Of a DNA stretch of 24,000 bases, positions 1-8,721 are shown piece by piece. Positions within the stretch are counted from its first letter, which is position 1, and each line of letters starts with the position of its first letter. A model generated the notes under the pieces. It searched no databases and was not told where the DNA came from. It worked only from the letters and a program-made list of their open reading frames with translations. Both the position numbers and the translations under genes were made by a program. This DNA is from Brenneria salicis ATCC 15712 = DSM 30166 (GTDB taxonomy: Bacteria; Pseudomonadota; Gammaproteobacteria; Enterobacterales; Enterobacteriaceae): the NCBI RefSeq assembly GCF_003315515.1, contig NZ_QNRY01000014.1:26942-50941 (forward strand), in the 5' to 3' direction.

Positions 1-1376
1 ACGATCGCACCATCCCGCTGACGGTGCGCACCGCCTTCCGCGGCGCGATGGATTGTAATGGCAACGGGCTGTGCTTCAATTTTGATGCCCGCAGCCCGAT
101 GTGTCCTTCCATGAAGATCACCGGTAACCGCATCCATTCGCCGAAAGGCCGGGCGACGCTGGTGCGTGAATGGCTACGGCTGCTGGCGGAGCAAGGCGTC
201 GATCCGCTGGCGCTGGAGAAAACGCTGCCGCGGCAGAAGTTCAGCCTGCGCCTGTTGATTCAGAAAACCCGCAACACTTTGCAGGCGCGTCAAGGCGAGT
301 ATGATTTTTCCCATGAGGTGAAAGAGGCGATGTCCGGCTGTCTGGCGTGCAAAGCCTGTTCGACGCAATGTCCGATAAAAATCGACGTTCCGAGCTTCCG
401 TTCCCGTTTTCTCCAGTTGTATCACACCCGTTACTTGCGCCCGATGCGCGATTATCTGGTCGCCGGGGTCGAAAGCTATGCGCCGCTGATGGCGCGCAGT
501 CCCGGGGTATTCAATTTCTTTCTCAATATGCCCTCGGTCAATGCCTTGAGCCGCCGACAGATCGGCATGGTGGATTTGCCGTTGCTTTCCTCGCCGTCAC
601 TGCGTCAGCAGTTTGCCGGCCATCGTGCGATACAAACTACGTTGGAGCAACTGGAGCAATTGTCCGATGCGGAACGGCAACACTATGTGTTGATCGTACA
701 GGATCCGTTCACCAGCTATTATGACGCGCAGGTGGTGGCCGATTTTATCCATCTGGCGGAGAAACTGAAATTGAAGCCGGTGCTGCTGCCGTTCTCGCCG
801 AATGGCAAAGCGCAGCACATTAAAGGTTTCCTGCAACGCTTTGCGAAGACGGCGGCCAGAACTTCGGATTTCCTTAATCGGGTGGCGAAACTCGGTATAC
901 CGATGGTAGGCGTCGATCCAGCGTTGGTGCTCTGCTATCGTGATGAATACCGCGAGATTCTGGGTGACAAGCGCGGCGATTTCCAGGTGAAACTGGTGCA
1001 TGAATGGTTGATGACCGTGCTGGAAGAACATGCGCCCCAGGCGATGGCGGGCGAATCCTGGTATCTGTTCGGGCATTGTACCGAAACCACCGCGTTGCCC
1101 GCCAGTACGCGTCAGTGGGCCGATATCTTCGCGCGTTTTGGCGCCAGACTGGAAAACGTCAGCGTAGGTTGCTGCGGCATGGCTGGCACCTATGGTCATG
1201 AAAGCAAAAATCTGGCGAACTCGCAGGGTATTTATGCGCTCTCCTGGCAGCAGGCGTTACAAAAATTGCCGCTGCAACGTTGCCTGACTACCGGTTATTC
1301 CTGCCGTAGCCAGGTCAAGCGCATGGAAGGCCGTGGGTTACGTCATCCGTTACAGGCCTTGTTGGAGATTATCTGA
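1..1376 (+). CDS. ydiJ: FAD-linked oxidoreductase YdiJ, C-terminal part (5' end outside the window)
   Basis: The frame is open from the window edge (codon phase starts at nt 3) to TGA 1374-1376. The translation has a ferredoxin-type 4Fe-4S motif ([12 protein letters not shown]) and a Cys-rich CCG-type motif (GCCGMAG). The ydiJ-ydiI-suf order matches E. coli as I recall it. The stop overlaps the next ATG (TGATG). Confidence 0.88.
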   Translation, partial: DRTIPLTVRTAFRGAMDCNGNGLCFNFDARSPMCPSMKITGNRIHSPKGRATLVREWLRLLAEQGVDPLALEKTLPRQKFSLRLLIQKTRNTLQARQGEYDFSHEVKEAMSGCLACKACSTQCPIKIDVPSFRSRFLQLYHTRYLRPMRDYLVAGVESYAPLMARSPGVFNFFLNMPSVNALSRRQIGMVDLPLLSSPSLRQQFAGHRAIQTTLEQLEQLSDAERQHYVLIVQDPFTSYYDAQVVADFIHLAEKLKLKPVLLPFSPNGKAQHIKGFLQRFAKTAARTSDFLNRVAKLGIPMVGVDPALVLCYRDEYREILGDKRGDFQVKLVHEWLMTVLEEHAPQAMAGESWYLFGHCTETTALPASTRQWADIFARFGARLENVSVGCCGMAGTYGHESKNLANSQGIYALSWQQALQKLPLQRCLTTGYSCRSQVKRMEGRGLRHPLQALLEII

Positions 1377-1792
1377 TGCTGTGGAAACGACAGGTTACGC
1401 TCGACCAACTTAATCAGCAAAGTCAGGGCTGCATGATTGGTTTTCTTGGCATCCGCTACATCCGCATAACGGATGATCAGCTTGAAGCGGTAATGCCGGT
1501 GGATCCCCGTACCCGCCAGCCGTTTGGCTTGTTGCACGGCGGCGCGTCGGTGGTGCTGGCGGAGTCGCTTGGTTCGGTGGCCGGTTATCTGTGTACCGAA
1601 GGGGAGCAACAGGTGGTGGGGATGGAGGTCAATGCCAATCATCTGCGGGCGGTGGTTGACGGCGAGGTGCGCGGCGTGTGTCGCGCATTGCACGCCGGGA
1701 AACGTAATCAGGTCTGGCAGATCGATATTTTCGACAGTCAGGATCGTCTGTGCTGTACCTCACGGCTGACCACCGCCGTGATTACGCCGTAG
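1376..1792 (+). CDS. menI: 1,4-dihydroxy-2-naphthoyl-CoA hydrolase (hotdog-fold PaaI-type thioesterase)
   Basis: The 138-aa ORF begins MLWKRQ and contains [31 protein letters not shown]. This is near-identical in pattern to E. coli YdiI/MenI as recalled. It is translationally coupled to ydiJ. Confidence 0.9.
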   Translation: MLWKRQVTLDQLNQQSQGCMIGFLGIRYIRITDDQLEAVMPVDPRTRQPFGLLHGGASVVLAESLGSVAGYLCTEGEQQVVGMEVNANHLRAVVDGEVRGVCRALHAGKRNQVWQIDIFDSQDRLCCTSRLTTAVITP

Positions 1793-1803
1793 CGTGTTAT
1801 CAC

Positions 1804-1840
1804 CCAACCGGGACATTTGACGGCGTCCCGGTTGGTTTTC
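1804..1840. terminator. Hairpin terminator between convergent menI and the 133-aa gene
   Basis: A 10-bp stem pairs CCAACCGGGA (1804-1813) with TCCCGGTTGG (1826-1835) around a 12-nt loop. It is followed by TTTT on the + strand and lies between the two stop codons (1792 and 1844). Confidence 0.6.
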
Positions 1841-1843
1841 ACA

Positions 1844-2245
1844 TCAAGGTAGGAAAGGCACGCGTTTGACGAAGTCGGTCTGGAACGCGGTGGCTTTATC
1901 CCATGAGCCGAGCATGCTTAACTGATGGCAAATCGATTTGAGCGTATTACGGGCGAAGTAGTAACTCTGAACGCGAAAGAGGTGGCAGCGCTTCTCATTA
2001 TTGATTTCTTTAATCAGCCGGTTATGCAGTTTTACCAGCGCATGCAAATAGCTGTCGTCATCGCCATTACGCAGACACAGGTCGGCCATATCCATACAGG
2101 CGTTGTGATAACGCCGTAAATGATCAATATTGCTTCCTGGACGATTCAGACGCGCTTCCGCCATATAAAAGTCGACAGTGACGTCACGGATCTGAAATTT
2201 ATACTCGTCGATCTGATGCTGTAGCCAGGCATTCATCGAAAGCAT
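1844..2245 (-). CDS. Hypothetical 133-aa protein with 4 Cys and 7 His, family not recognised
   Basis: The track ORF 1844..2254 starts at TTG. I prefer the in-frame ATG at 2245 (MLSMNAWLQHQ...), which has AGGG 9 nt upstream. A sigma70-like promoter with an overlapping Fur box sits directly upstream. No competing long ORF lies on the other strand. Confidence 0.65.
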   Translation of the reverse strand: MLSMNAWLQHQIDEYKFQIRDVTVDFYMAEARLNRPGSNIDHLRRYHNACMDMADLCLRNGDDDSYLHALVKLHNRLIKEINNEKRCHLFRVQSYYFARNTLKSICHQLSMLGSWDKATAFQTDFVKRVPFLP

Positions 2246-2268
2246 GGTTATCAACCCTGAATATTAAA

Positions 2269-2283
2269 TGATAATCATTATCA
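2269..2283. promoter_or_regulatory. Fur box, perfect 7-1-7 palindrome
   Basis: TGATAATCATTATCA equals the Fur core TGATAATnATTATCA with no mismatch. It overlaps the -10 element of the minus-strand promoter. Confidence 0.8.
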
Positions 2284-2308
2284 TATTTATAAAAATAGTC
2301 GGGATCAA
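2280..2308 (-). promoter_or_regulatory. Candidate sigma70 promoter of the 133-aa gene
   Basis: On the minus strand, TTGATC (2308-2303) is followed by a 17-nt spacer and TATGAT (2285-2280). The predicted leader to ATG 2245 is about 28 nt. The -10 element is embedded in the Fur palindrome, which is the classic repression geometry. Confidence 0.5.
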
Positions 2309-2395
2309 TGGGGAAACTGCACTTTTCCCTGCAAAATTTACCTAAGGTGCGACAAAATCTTTATTTACTTTTCCTGTTTTACAAATAGGCATTCG

Positions 2396-2433
2396 CTATG
2401 AATGTTATACTAATGATAATTAATTGATAATAT
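2396..2433. promoter_or_regulatory. AT-rich operator cluster upstream of suf (Fur-like hexamers or OxyR-position element)
   Basis: Two direct GATAAT hexamers lie at 2415-2420 and 2426-2431. CTAT/ATAC/ATAA/ATAA elements recur about every 10-11 nt from 2396. An extended -10-like TGTTATACT lies at 2403-2411. The regulator assignment is ambiguous. Confidence 0.35.
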
Positions 2434-2477
2434 TTGAGTGCGAACGAAAACGGCGTTAGGGTGATTTACTACTTGTT

Positions 2478-2490
2478 TATCATGGCGTTA
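2478..2490 (+). promoter_or_regulatory. IHF-like site in the suf control region
   Basis: TATCATGGCGTTA matches WATCAAnnnnTTR at 12 of 13 positions. It lies about 140 nt upstream of the predicted sufA transcription start, similar to the IHF position I recall for E. coli suf. Confidence 0.3.
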
Positions 2491-2571
2491 GTTGGCTATA
2501 AACCACGCTTTTTCGCATGGCGAATAGGATGCGCTGGCATGCTTGCCGTCATCAAAAAACAGCGGTTGCCA

Positions 2572-2620
2572 ATAGCCCTGCGAAACAAGAGGTTGAAGCA
2601 AGTTTTATTATCACTAACAT
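2572..2620 (+). promoter_or_regulatory. Candidate sufA proximal promoter with IscR type-2-like and Fur-like sites
   Basis: ATAGCCCT...GGTTGAA (2572-2597) matches both flanks of the IscR type-2 consensus as I recall it (AWARCCCY...GKKKTKWA). It overlaps -35 TTGAAG (2593-2598), followed by a 16-nt spacer and -10 TAACAT (2615-2620). TTATTATCACTAAC (2605-2618) is a partial Fur match over the spacer and -10. Confidence 0.35.
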
Positions 2621-2668
2621 TAGAGGAAACCAGCCTGAAACTGGTGGGCACGTAATGAGGTATTCGTG

Positions 2669-3040
2669 ATGCAAACGGAAAATGTAGGGACGTTTTCACT
2701 GGAGGAAAACGTCTGGAAAGGATTGACGCTGACCGATAGCGCGGTGAAACAAATCAAGAATTTGATGCAGCAGGATGCTGCGATGCAAGGTTTGCGGCTG
2801 GGCGTAAAACAATCCGGCTGCGCTGGATTTGGTTATGTGTTGGATCTGGTTCGTGAATCCGATACGGATGACTTACTGTTCGAACGCGACGGCGCAAAGC
2901 TGTATGTGCCGCTAAAAGCGATGCCTTTTATTGATGGCACCGAACTCGATTTTGTCCGTGAGGGGCTTAATCAGGTATTTAAGTTTAATAATCCCAACGC
3001 TCAGCATGCCTGTGGATGTGGCGAGAGCTTCGGCATTTAA
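2669..3040 (+). CDS. sufA: Fe-S cluster A-type carrier SufA
   Basis: The start is ATG 2669, with GAGG 8 nt upstream; the track start GTG 2666 is less likely. The C-terminal CGCGESFGI motif and GVKQSGCAGFGY are typical of SufA/IscA. It is the first gene of the suf operon. Confidence 0.95.
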   Translation: MQTENVGTFSLEENVWKGLTLTDSAVKQIKNLMQQDAAMQGLRLGVKQSGCAGFGYVLDLVRESDTDDLLFERDGAKLYVPLKAMPFIDGTELDFVREGLNQVFKFNNPNAQHACGCGESFGI

Positions 3041-3053
3041 GTGATGACAAATT

Positions 3054-4550
3054 ATGGCACGTAGCACAGTAGATGTACCTGATGATGTCCAAATCTGGAT
3101 GGGTGATGGACGATATAAAGAAGGCTTCTTCACCGAACTGGCAACTGATCAGTTGGCGCACGGCATCAACGAGGAGGTCGTGCGGGCGATTTCCGCAAAA
3201 CGCAATGAGCCTGAATGGATGCTGGTGTTCCGCCTGAATGCTTACCGGGCGTGGCTGGAAATGGAAGAACCCCACTGGCTGAAAGCGCATTACGATAAGC
3301 TTGACTATCAGGATTATAGCTATTATTCCGCGCCGTCTTGCGGCAGTTGTGATGACACCTGCGGTTCGCAACCGGGCGCGACTCAGCAATCCAGCATCGC
3401 GGAAGTGAATAACTACCTGACCAGCGAAGTGGAAAATGCCTTCAATCAGCTTGGCGTCCCGGTGCGTGAAGGGAAATCCGTGGCGGTCGACGCTATTTTT
3501 GACTCCGTTTCCGTCGCCACCACTTACCGCCACGAACTGGCTGAGCAGGGGATTATTTTCTGTTCCTTCAGCGAAGCTATTCAGGAGCACCCTGATTTGG
3601 TGCGTCAGTATCTCGGTACGGTCGTGCCGGCGAATGACAACTTTTTTGCCGCGCTGAATGCGGCGGTCGCGTCTGACGGCACGTTTGTCTATGTACCCAA
3701 AGGCGTGCGCTGTCCGATGGAGCTATCCACTTATTTCCGTATCAACGCGGCGAAAACCGGCCAGTTCGAGCGCACTATCCTGATTGCCGATGATGACAGC
3801 TACGTCAGTTATATTGAAGGGTGTTCGGCGCCGGTACGCGACTCTTATCAACTGCATGCGGCGGTGGTGGAAGTTATCGTCAATAAAAACGCCGAAGTAA
3901 AATATTCCACGGTGCAGAACTGGTTTTCCGGTAAAGACGCCGAAGGCGGCATTCTGAACTTCGTCACCAAACGCGCGCTGTGTGCGGGCGACTATGCCAA
4001 AATGTCCTGGACGCAATCGGAAACCGGTTCGGCCATTACCTGGAAATACCCAAGCGTAGTGTTGCGCGGCGACCATTCGGTTGGCGAGTTCTTCTCTGTC
4101 GCGCTGACTAATGGGCGTCAGCAAGCCGATACCGGCACCAAGATGATTCATATCGGCAAGAACACCCGCTCAACCATTATCTCCAAAGGAATTTCCGCCG
4201 GGCACAGCGAGAACACCTATCGCGGTCTGGTGAAGATTATGCCGAGCGCCACCAATGCGCGTAACTTCACCCAGTGCGACTCGATGCTGATTGGCAGCGA
4301 CAGCGGCGCGCATACCTTCCCTTATGTGGAAGTGCGCAATAACACGGCGCAACTGGAACATGAGGCCACCACCTCGAAGATTGGCGACGATCAACTGTTT
4401 TACTGCCTGCAACGCGGTATCAGCGAAGATGACGCGATCTCCATGATCGTTAACGGGTTCTGTAAAGACGTTTTTTCTGAATTGCCATTGGAATTTGCTG
4501 TGGAAGCCCAGAAGTTACTGGCGATTAGCCTGGAACACAGCGTGGGTTGA
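3054..4550 (+). CDS. sufB: Fe-S cluster scaffold SufB
   Basis: The 498-aa product is collinear with E. coli SufB as recalled ([25 protein letters not shown], CGxCDDTC, C-terminal [18 protein letters not shown]). Confidence 0.97.
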   Translation: MARSTVDVPDDVQIWMGDGRYKEGFFTELATDQLAHGINEEVVRAISAKRNEPEWMLVFRLNAYRAWLEMEEPHWLKAHYDKLDYQDYSYYSAPSCGSCDDTCGSQPGATQQSSIAEVNNYLTSEVENAFNQLGVPVREGKSVAVDAIFDSVSVATTYRHELAEQGIIFCSFSEAIQEHPDLVRQYLGTVVPANDNFFAALNAAVASDGTFVYVPKGVRCPMELSTYFRINAAKTGQFERTILIADDDSYVSYIEGCSAPVRDSYQLHAAVVEVIVNKNAEVKYSTVQNWFSGKDAEGGILNFVTKRALCAGDYAKMSWTQSETGSAITWKYPSVVLRGDHSVGEFFSVALTNGRQQADTGTKMIHIGKNTRSTIISKGISAGHSENTYRGLVKIMPSATNARNFTQCDSMLIGSDSGAHTFPYVEVRNNTAQLEHEATTSKIGDDQLFYCLQRGISEDDAISMIVNGFCKDVFSELPLEFAVEAQKLLAISLEHSVG

Positions 4551-4641
4551 TGAGCCGTTACCGGGGACCCCTCAACGGGGAACAGCATCGGTTACAAAAA
4601 TGATGAGCGTCGCCAAACAGCCGACGCCGGAAGGATAGAGC

Positions 4642-5388
4642 ATGTTAAGTATTGAAAATTTAAAAGTCAGCGTAGAAGGCAAAGAGATTATTAAAGGGCT
4701 GAATCTCGTCGTTAAGCCGGGCGAAGTGCACGCGATTATGGGGCCGAACGGCTCAGGGAAAAGCACGCTCTCCGCTACGTTGGCTGGTCGTGAAGAATAT
4801 GAAGTGACTGACGGTACAGTCAGTTTTAACGGGAAAGATTTATTGGCGCTGGCGCCTGAAGATCGCGCCGGTGAAGGCATCTTCATGGCATTTCAGTATC
4901 CGGTGGAGATCCCCGGCGTCAGCAACCAGTTCTTTTTGCAAACCGCGGTGAACGCGGTGCGTAAGTACCGTGAGCAAGAGCCGCTGGATCGCTTTGATTT
5001 CGCTGATTTTATCGAAGATAAAATTAAGCTGCTGAAAATGCCGGAAGATTTGTTGACCCGCTCCGTCAATGTCGGGTTCTCCGGCGGCGAGAAGAAGCGT
5101 AATGATATTCTGCAAATGGCGGCCCTTGAACCGGATTTGTGCATTCTGGATGAAACCGACTCCGGTCTGGACATTGATGCGCTGAAAATTGTCGCCAACG
5201 GCGTGAACGCCCTGCGTAACGAACAGCGCGCCTTTATTATCGTCACGCACTATCAGCGTATTTTGGATTACATCAAACCTGATCATGTACATGTTCTCTA
5301 TCAGGGACAAATTGTGAAATCCGGTGATTTCTCTCTGGTGAAACAGTTGGAGGAGCAAGGCTATGGCTGGCTTACCGACCAACAATAA
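4642..5388 (+). CDS. sufC: Fe-S assembly ATPase SufC
   Basis: The 248-aa product has Walker A GPNGSGKST, the ABC signature FSGGEKKR and Walker B LCILDETDSGLD. AAGGA lies 6 nt upstream of the ATG. Confidence 0.97.
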   Translation: MLSIENLKVSVEGKEIIKGLNLVVKPGEVHAIMGPNGSGKSTLSATLAGREEYEVTDGTVSFNGKDLLALAPEDRAGEGIFMAFQYPVEIPGVSNQFFLQTAVNAVRKYREQEPLDRFDFADFIEDKIKLLKMPEDLLTRSVNVGFSGGEKKRNDILQMAALEPDLCILDETDSGLDIDALKIVANGVNALRNEQRAFIIVTHYQRILDYIKPDHVHVLYQGQIVKSGDFSLVKQLEEQGYGWLTDQQ

Positions 5389-6694
5389 AACCAGCGCCAA
5401 AGCAGGCATTGAACAGAAGCAGCAACAGGCCCTGCAACAGTGGCACGGTCTGTTTGACAGCGTAACGTCGCGTTCATCGGATGCGTACCAGCACTGGCAG
5501 GAAGTGCTGCGTCTGGGCCTGCCGCACCGCAAGCATGAGCATTGGAAATATACGCCGCTGGATGGACTGCTGGCGCATGAGTTCGTTGCGTCGCGGCTAT
5601 CGTCCGTCGCGCAGGACACGCTGGATGCGCTGACGCTGCCTATTGATGCCTGGCGTCTGGTGTTTATCGATGGCGTGTTCAGCGAGGCGCTCAGCGACAC
5701 GCAGTGGGGGCCTTATCAGGTTGAGATCAAATCCGCCCGGACGCCTGGCGAATTTCCCGCCGCCGTCCAGCCGGAAGTTTTCCTGCACCTGACGGAAAGT
5801 CTGGCCACGCAGAGCACGTTGATTCGTCTGGCGGCCAATCAGCAGGCGGAAAAATCCTTGTATCTGCTGCATATCAGCAGCAGCCAGGGCGCGGCGCTGA
5901 ATACGGTTCATCACCGTCATCACTTGCAGGTTGAACGCGGCGCCAGCGCACGGATCATTGAACATTATGTCAGTTTGGAGCCGCATGCGCACTTTACCGG
6001 CGCACGCCTGACGATCAGCGCGGATGAAAACAGCCGCGTCAGCCACTACAAACTGGCTTTCGAAGCCGCGGCCAGCTACCACTTTTCACACAACGATTTG
6101 GTGTTGTCCCCTGATGCGCAGGTTCGCAGCCACAGTTTCCTACTGGGGGCGGGGCTGACCCGTCATAACACCAGCGCGCAACTGAATGGCGAAGGCACGA
6201 ATCTGGTGATCAACAGCCTTATCCTGCCTGTCGGCAGTGAGGTGTGCGACACGCGCACTTATCTGGAACATAACCAGGGGCATGGCGAAAGTCGTCAGTT
6301 GCATAAGACCATCGTCAGTGACCGCGCCAAAGCGGTCTTCAATGGTATGATCAAAGTCGCGCCCCATGCCCTGAAAACTGACGGACAGATGACCAACAAC
6401 AACCTGTTGCTGGGACGGTTGGCTGAAGTCGATACTAAACCGCAACTGGAAATTTATGCCGATGATGTGAAGTGCAGCCACGGTGCGACGATAGGGCGTA
6501 TGGATGAAGAACAACTGTTTTATCTGCGTTCACGCGGCATCACGCAACAGGATGCGCAACAAATGATCATTTTTGCCTTCGCCGCCGAATTGACGGAAGC
6601 GATTGAGGATGAGTCGCTGCGCAGTGTGATATTGGAACGTATCGCCCAGCGTTTGCCCGCCACATCTTTTGCGTCAGAAAAGGCGGCATTATGA
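5363..6694 (+). CDS. sufD: Fe-S assembly protein SufD
   Basis: The 443-aa product starts MAGLP like E. coli SufD and overlaps the sufC 3' end by 26 nt. It contains the conserved [16 protein letters not shown] block. It carries a short Q-rich N-terminal insertion relative to the E. coli protein as recalled. Confidence 0.95.
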   Translation: MAGLPTNNKTSAKAGIEQKQQQALQQWHGLFDSVTSRSSDAYQHWQEVLRLGLPHRKHEHWKYTPLDGLLAHEFVASRLSSVAQDTLDALTLPIDAWRLVFIDGVFSEALSDTQWGPYQVEIKSARTPGEFPAAVQPEVFLHLTESLATQSTLIRLAANQQAEKSLYLLHISSSQGAALNTVHHRHHLQVERGASARIIEHYVSLEPHAHFTGARLTISADENSRVSHYKLAFEAAASYHFSHNDLVLSPDAQVRSHSFLLGAGLTRHNTSAQLNGEGTNLVINSLILPVGSEVCDTRTYLEHNQGHGESRQLHKTIVSDRAKAVFNGMIKVAPHALKTDGQMTNNNLLLGRLAEVDTKPQLEIYADDVKCSHGATIGRMDEEQLFYLRSRGITQQDAQQMIIFAFAAELTEAIEDESLRSVILERIAQRLPATSFASEKAAL

Positions 6695-7914
6695 GTTATC
6701 CCATCGAACAGGTTCGCGCCGACTTTCCACTCCTGGCCCGCGAGGTCAACGGGCAACCATTGGCCTATCTGGACAGCGCCGCCAGCGCGCAAAAACCGCA
6801 GGCGGTGATTGAGCGCGAAACGGCTTTCTATCAGCATGAATATGCCGCCGTGCACCGCGGCATCCACACACTGAGCGCGCAGGCGACATCGGCGATGGAA
6901 GCGGTGCGCGAGCAGGTGGCGGCCTTTATCAATGCGGCCTCGGCAGAAGAGATCGTTTTTGTGCGGGGGACGACGGAAGCCATCAATCTGGTCGCCAACA
7001 GTTACGGCCATACCTTTCTGCAAGCGGGCGACAATCTCATCATTACGGAAATGGAACATCACGCCAATATCGTGCCCTGGCAAATGCTGGCCGAGGCACG
7101 TGGGGTGGAGCTCCGCGTGATCCCGCTGGCATCGGACGGTACGCTGGATCTTGCGTGCTTGCCCGCATTGCTTGATGAGCGGACCCGCTTGCTGGCGGTA
7201 ACGCACATTTCCAACGTGCTTGGCACGTTAAACCCGGTCAAAGACATTATCGCGCAGGCCAGAGCCGCTGGCGCGGTGGTGCTGGTTGATGGCGCCCAGT
7301 CGATTATGCATCAGACCATCGATGTTCAGGATCTGGATTGCGACTTCTTTGTCTTTTCGGGACACAAGATCTACGGGCCTTCCGGTATCGGCGTACTGTA
7401 CGGCAAACGCGAACGGTTAGCGGCAATGCCGCCCTGGGAAGGCGGCGGCGCGATGATCCGTCAGGTGAGCCTGCGTAGCGGAACCACTTATGCGGATGCG
7501 CCGTGGCGCTTTGAGGCCGGTTCGCCGAATACCGCGGGGATCATGGGATTGGGCGCGGCATTGAATTATGTCGCCGCGTTGGGGCGTGATGCGATTCAGC
7601 GCTATGAGTCCGCTCTGATGCACTATGCGTTGGAAGCGTTGGTTCAGGTGCCCGATTTAACCCTGTATGGCCCGGCAGAGCGGCATGGCGTGATTGCGTT
7701 CAATCTGGGACAACATCACGCCTACGATGTCGGCAGTTTCCTTGATCAGTATGGCATTGCGATCCGCACCGGCCACCACTGCGCGATGCCCTTGATGGAA
7801 CACTATGCGGTTCCCAGTATGTGCCGCGCTTCGCTGGCGGTTTATACTACGCGCGAAGAAATCGACCGGCTGGTCGCCGGGCTGCAACGTATCCATCGAT
7901 TGCTGGGCAACTGA
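6691..7914 (+). CDS. sufS: Cysteine desulfurase SufS (PLP-dependent, group II)
   Basis: The 407-aa product has the PLP-lysine motif FSGHKIYGP and the catalytic Cys motif RTGHHCAMP. It has a 4-nt ATGA overlap with sufD. Confidence 0.97.
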   Translation: MSYPIEQVRADFPLLAREVNGQPLAYLDSAASAQKPQAVIERETAFYQHEYAAVHRGIHTLSAQATSAMEAVREQVAAFINAASAEEIVFVRGTTEAINLVANSYGHTFLQAGDNLIITEMEHHANIVPWQMLAEARGVELRVIPLASDGTLDLACLPALLDERTRLLAVTHISNVLGTLNPVKDIIAQARAAGAVVLVDGAQSIMHQTIDVQDLDCDFFVFSGHKIYGPSGIGVLYGKRERLAAMPPWEGGGAMIRQVSLRSGTTYADAPWRFEAGSPNTAGIMGLGAALNYVAALGRDAIQRYESALMHYALEALVQVPDLTLYGPAERHGVIAFNLGQHHAYDVGSFLDQYGIAIRTGHHCAMPLMEHYAVPSMCRASLAVYTTREEIDRLVAGLQRIHRLLGN

Positions 7915-7945
7915 GCCTTGCGCCAGGTTGTCCGGGGAGGAAAAA

Positions 7946-8365
7946 ATGGCAAGTCTGCCGGATGCGCAGAAATTAATCCGTAATTTTTCGCGCTGTCATA
8001 ACTGGGAAGAAAAGTATCTTTATATTATTGAATTGGGCGCCCGGCTTGAACCGTTGCCGGACGTGTGGCGTCAGACTGAAAACCTGATTGCCGGCTGCCA
8101 GAGCCAGGTGTGGATTGTGATGCGTCATGACGAGCAAGGGGTGATCACTCTGCATGGCGATAGCGATGCCGCTATCGTGAAGGGATTGATCGCCGTGGTG
8201 TTCAGTCTTTATCAAGGTCTGACCGCACAGGAGATCGTTGCGCTGGATGTTCGCCCTTTCTTTGAGGAACTGGCGCTGAATCAACATTTAACGCCATCGC
8301 GTTCGCAAGGGTTGGAAGCGATGCTGCGGGCGATCCGCGCCCAGGCCGCGTTGCATATTCCGTAA
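7946..8365 (+). CDS. sufE: Sulfur acceptor SufE
   Basis: The track ORF 7805..8365 is over-extended. ATG 7946 ([10 protein letters not shown]...) has GGGGAGG upstream and gives 139 aa, matching the E. coli SufE length. The active Cys lies in AGCQSQVW. Confidence 0.95.
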   Translation: MASLPDAQKLIRNFSRCHNWEEKYLYIIELGARLEPLPDVWRQTENLIAGCQSQVWIVMRHDEQGVITLHGDSDAAIVKGLIAVVFSLYQGLTAQEIVALDVRPFFEELALNQHLTPSRSQGLEAMLRAIRAQAALHIP

Positions 8366-8455
8366 ATTCACTCTGCGGTGAGTATAGATGTCAGCCCTTT
8401 GAAAAAAGGAAAATGGCTGACATAAATAATTTTTACTGAGAATGAGTTTATTTAT

Positions 8456-8495
8456 AAAAAGCGCCAGCACGTTCCGTCTGGTGCTTTTTGTTTTT
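8456..8495 (+). terminator. Rho-independent terminator of the suf operon
   Basis: AAAAAGCGCCAGCAC-GTTCC-GTCTGGTGC forms a stem of about 9 bp, followed by TTTTTGTTTTT. The A-tract upstream could allow bidirectional function. Confidence 0.75.
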
Positions 8496-8721
8496 GGCTA
8501 ACTCGTTACGCTCTGATATTTCAGAATGTATCCATAGACTTATCTCGACATGAAATTTACTCTACAATTGTTTTTGTAAAGATTTGCATATCAATGCGTT
8601 GATTTATAAATAAAATATGATTTTATTTTTGCAATGCTAATATAGCGGGATACTGGTTGCGGCAAAAAGAACCAGAAATCGTTTATTAACTGGCAATTGA
8701 GCCTTGATGTAGGGACTTTGT

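Noticed and set aside
597-1199. A 200-aa minus-strand ORF inside ydiJ.
   Set aside because: It is antisense shadow of a conserved CDS, and I recognise no motifs in it.
2434-2655. A 73-aa + strand ORF (TTG start) in the sufA upstream region.
   Set aside because: It has a non-ATG start and no Shine-Dalgarno. It overlaps the predicted IHF, IscR and promoter elements of sufA. The product is basic and hydrophobic with no motif.
2985-3590. A 201-aa minus-strand ORF overlapping the sufA end and the sufB start.
   Set aside because: It is antisense to sufB, with a Gly/Arg-rich product showing no recognisable motif. The coding signal clearly belongs to the + strand.
4840-5700. A 286-aa ORF on the minus strand opposite sufC/sufD.
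   Set aside because: It is fully antisense to two strongly supported conserved genes. The product is low-complexity and rich in Ser, Cys and Arg. It has no Shine-Dalgarno or promoter. Long antisense ORFs are a common artefact opposite ABC ATPase genes.
6520-7206. A 228-aa minus-strand ORF spanning the sufD/sufS junction.
   Set aside because: It is antisense to two conserved, translationally coupled genes. The composition is Arg-rich, typical of reverse-frame artefacts.
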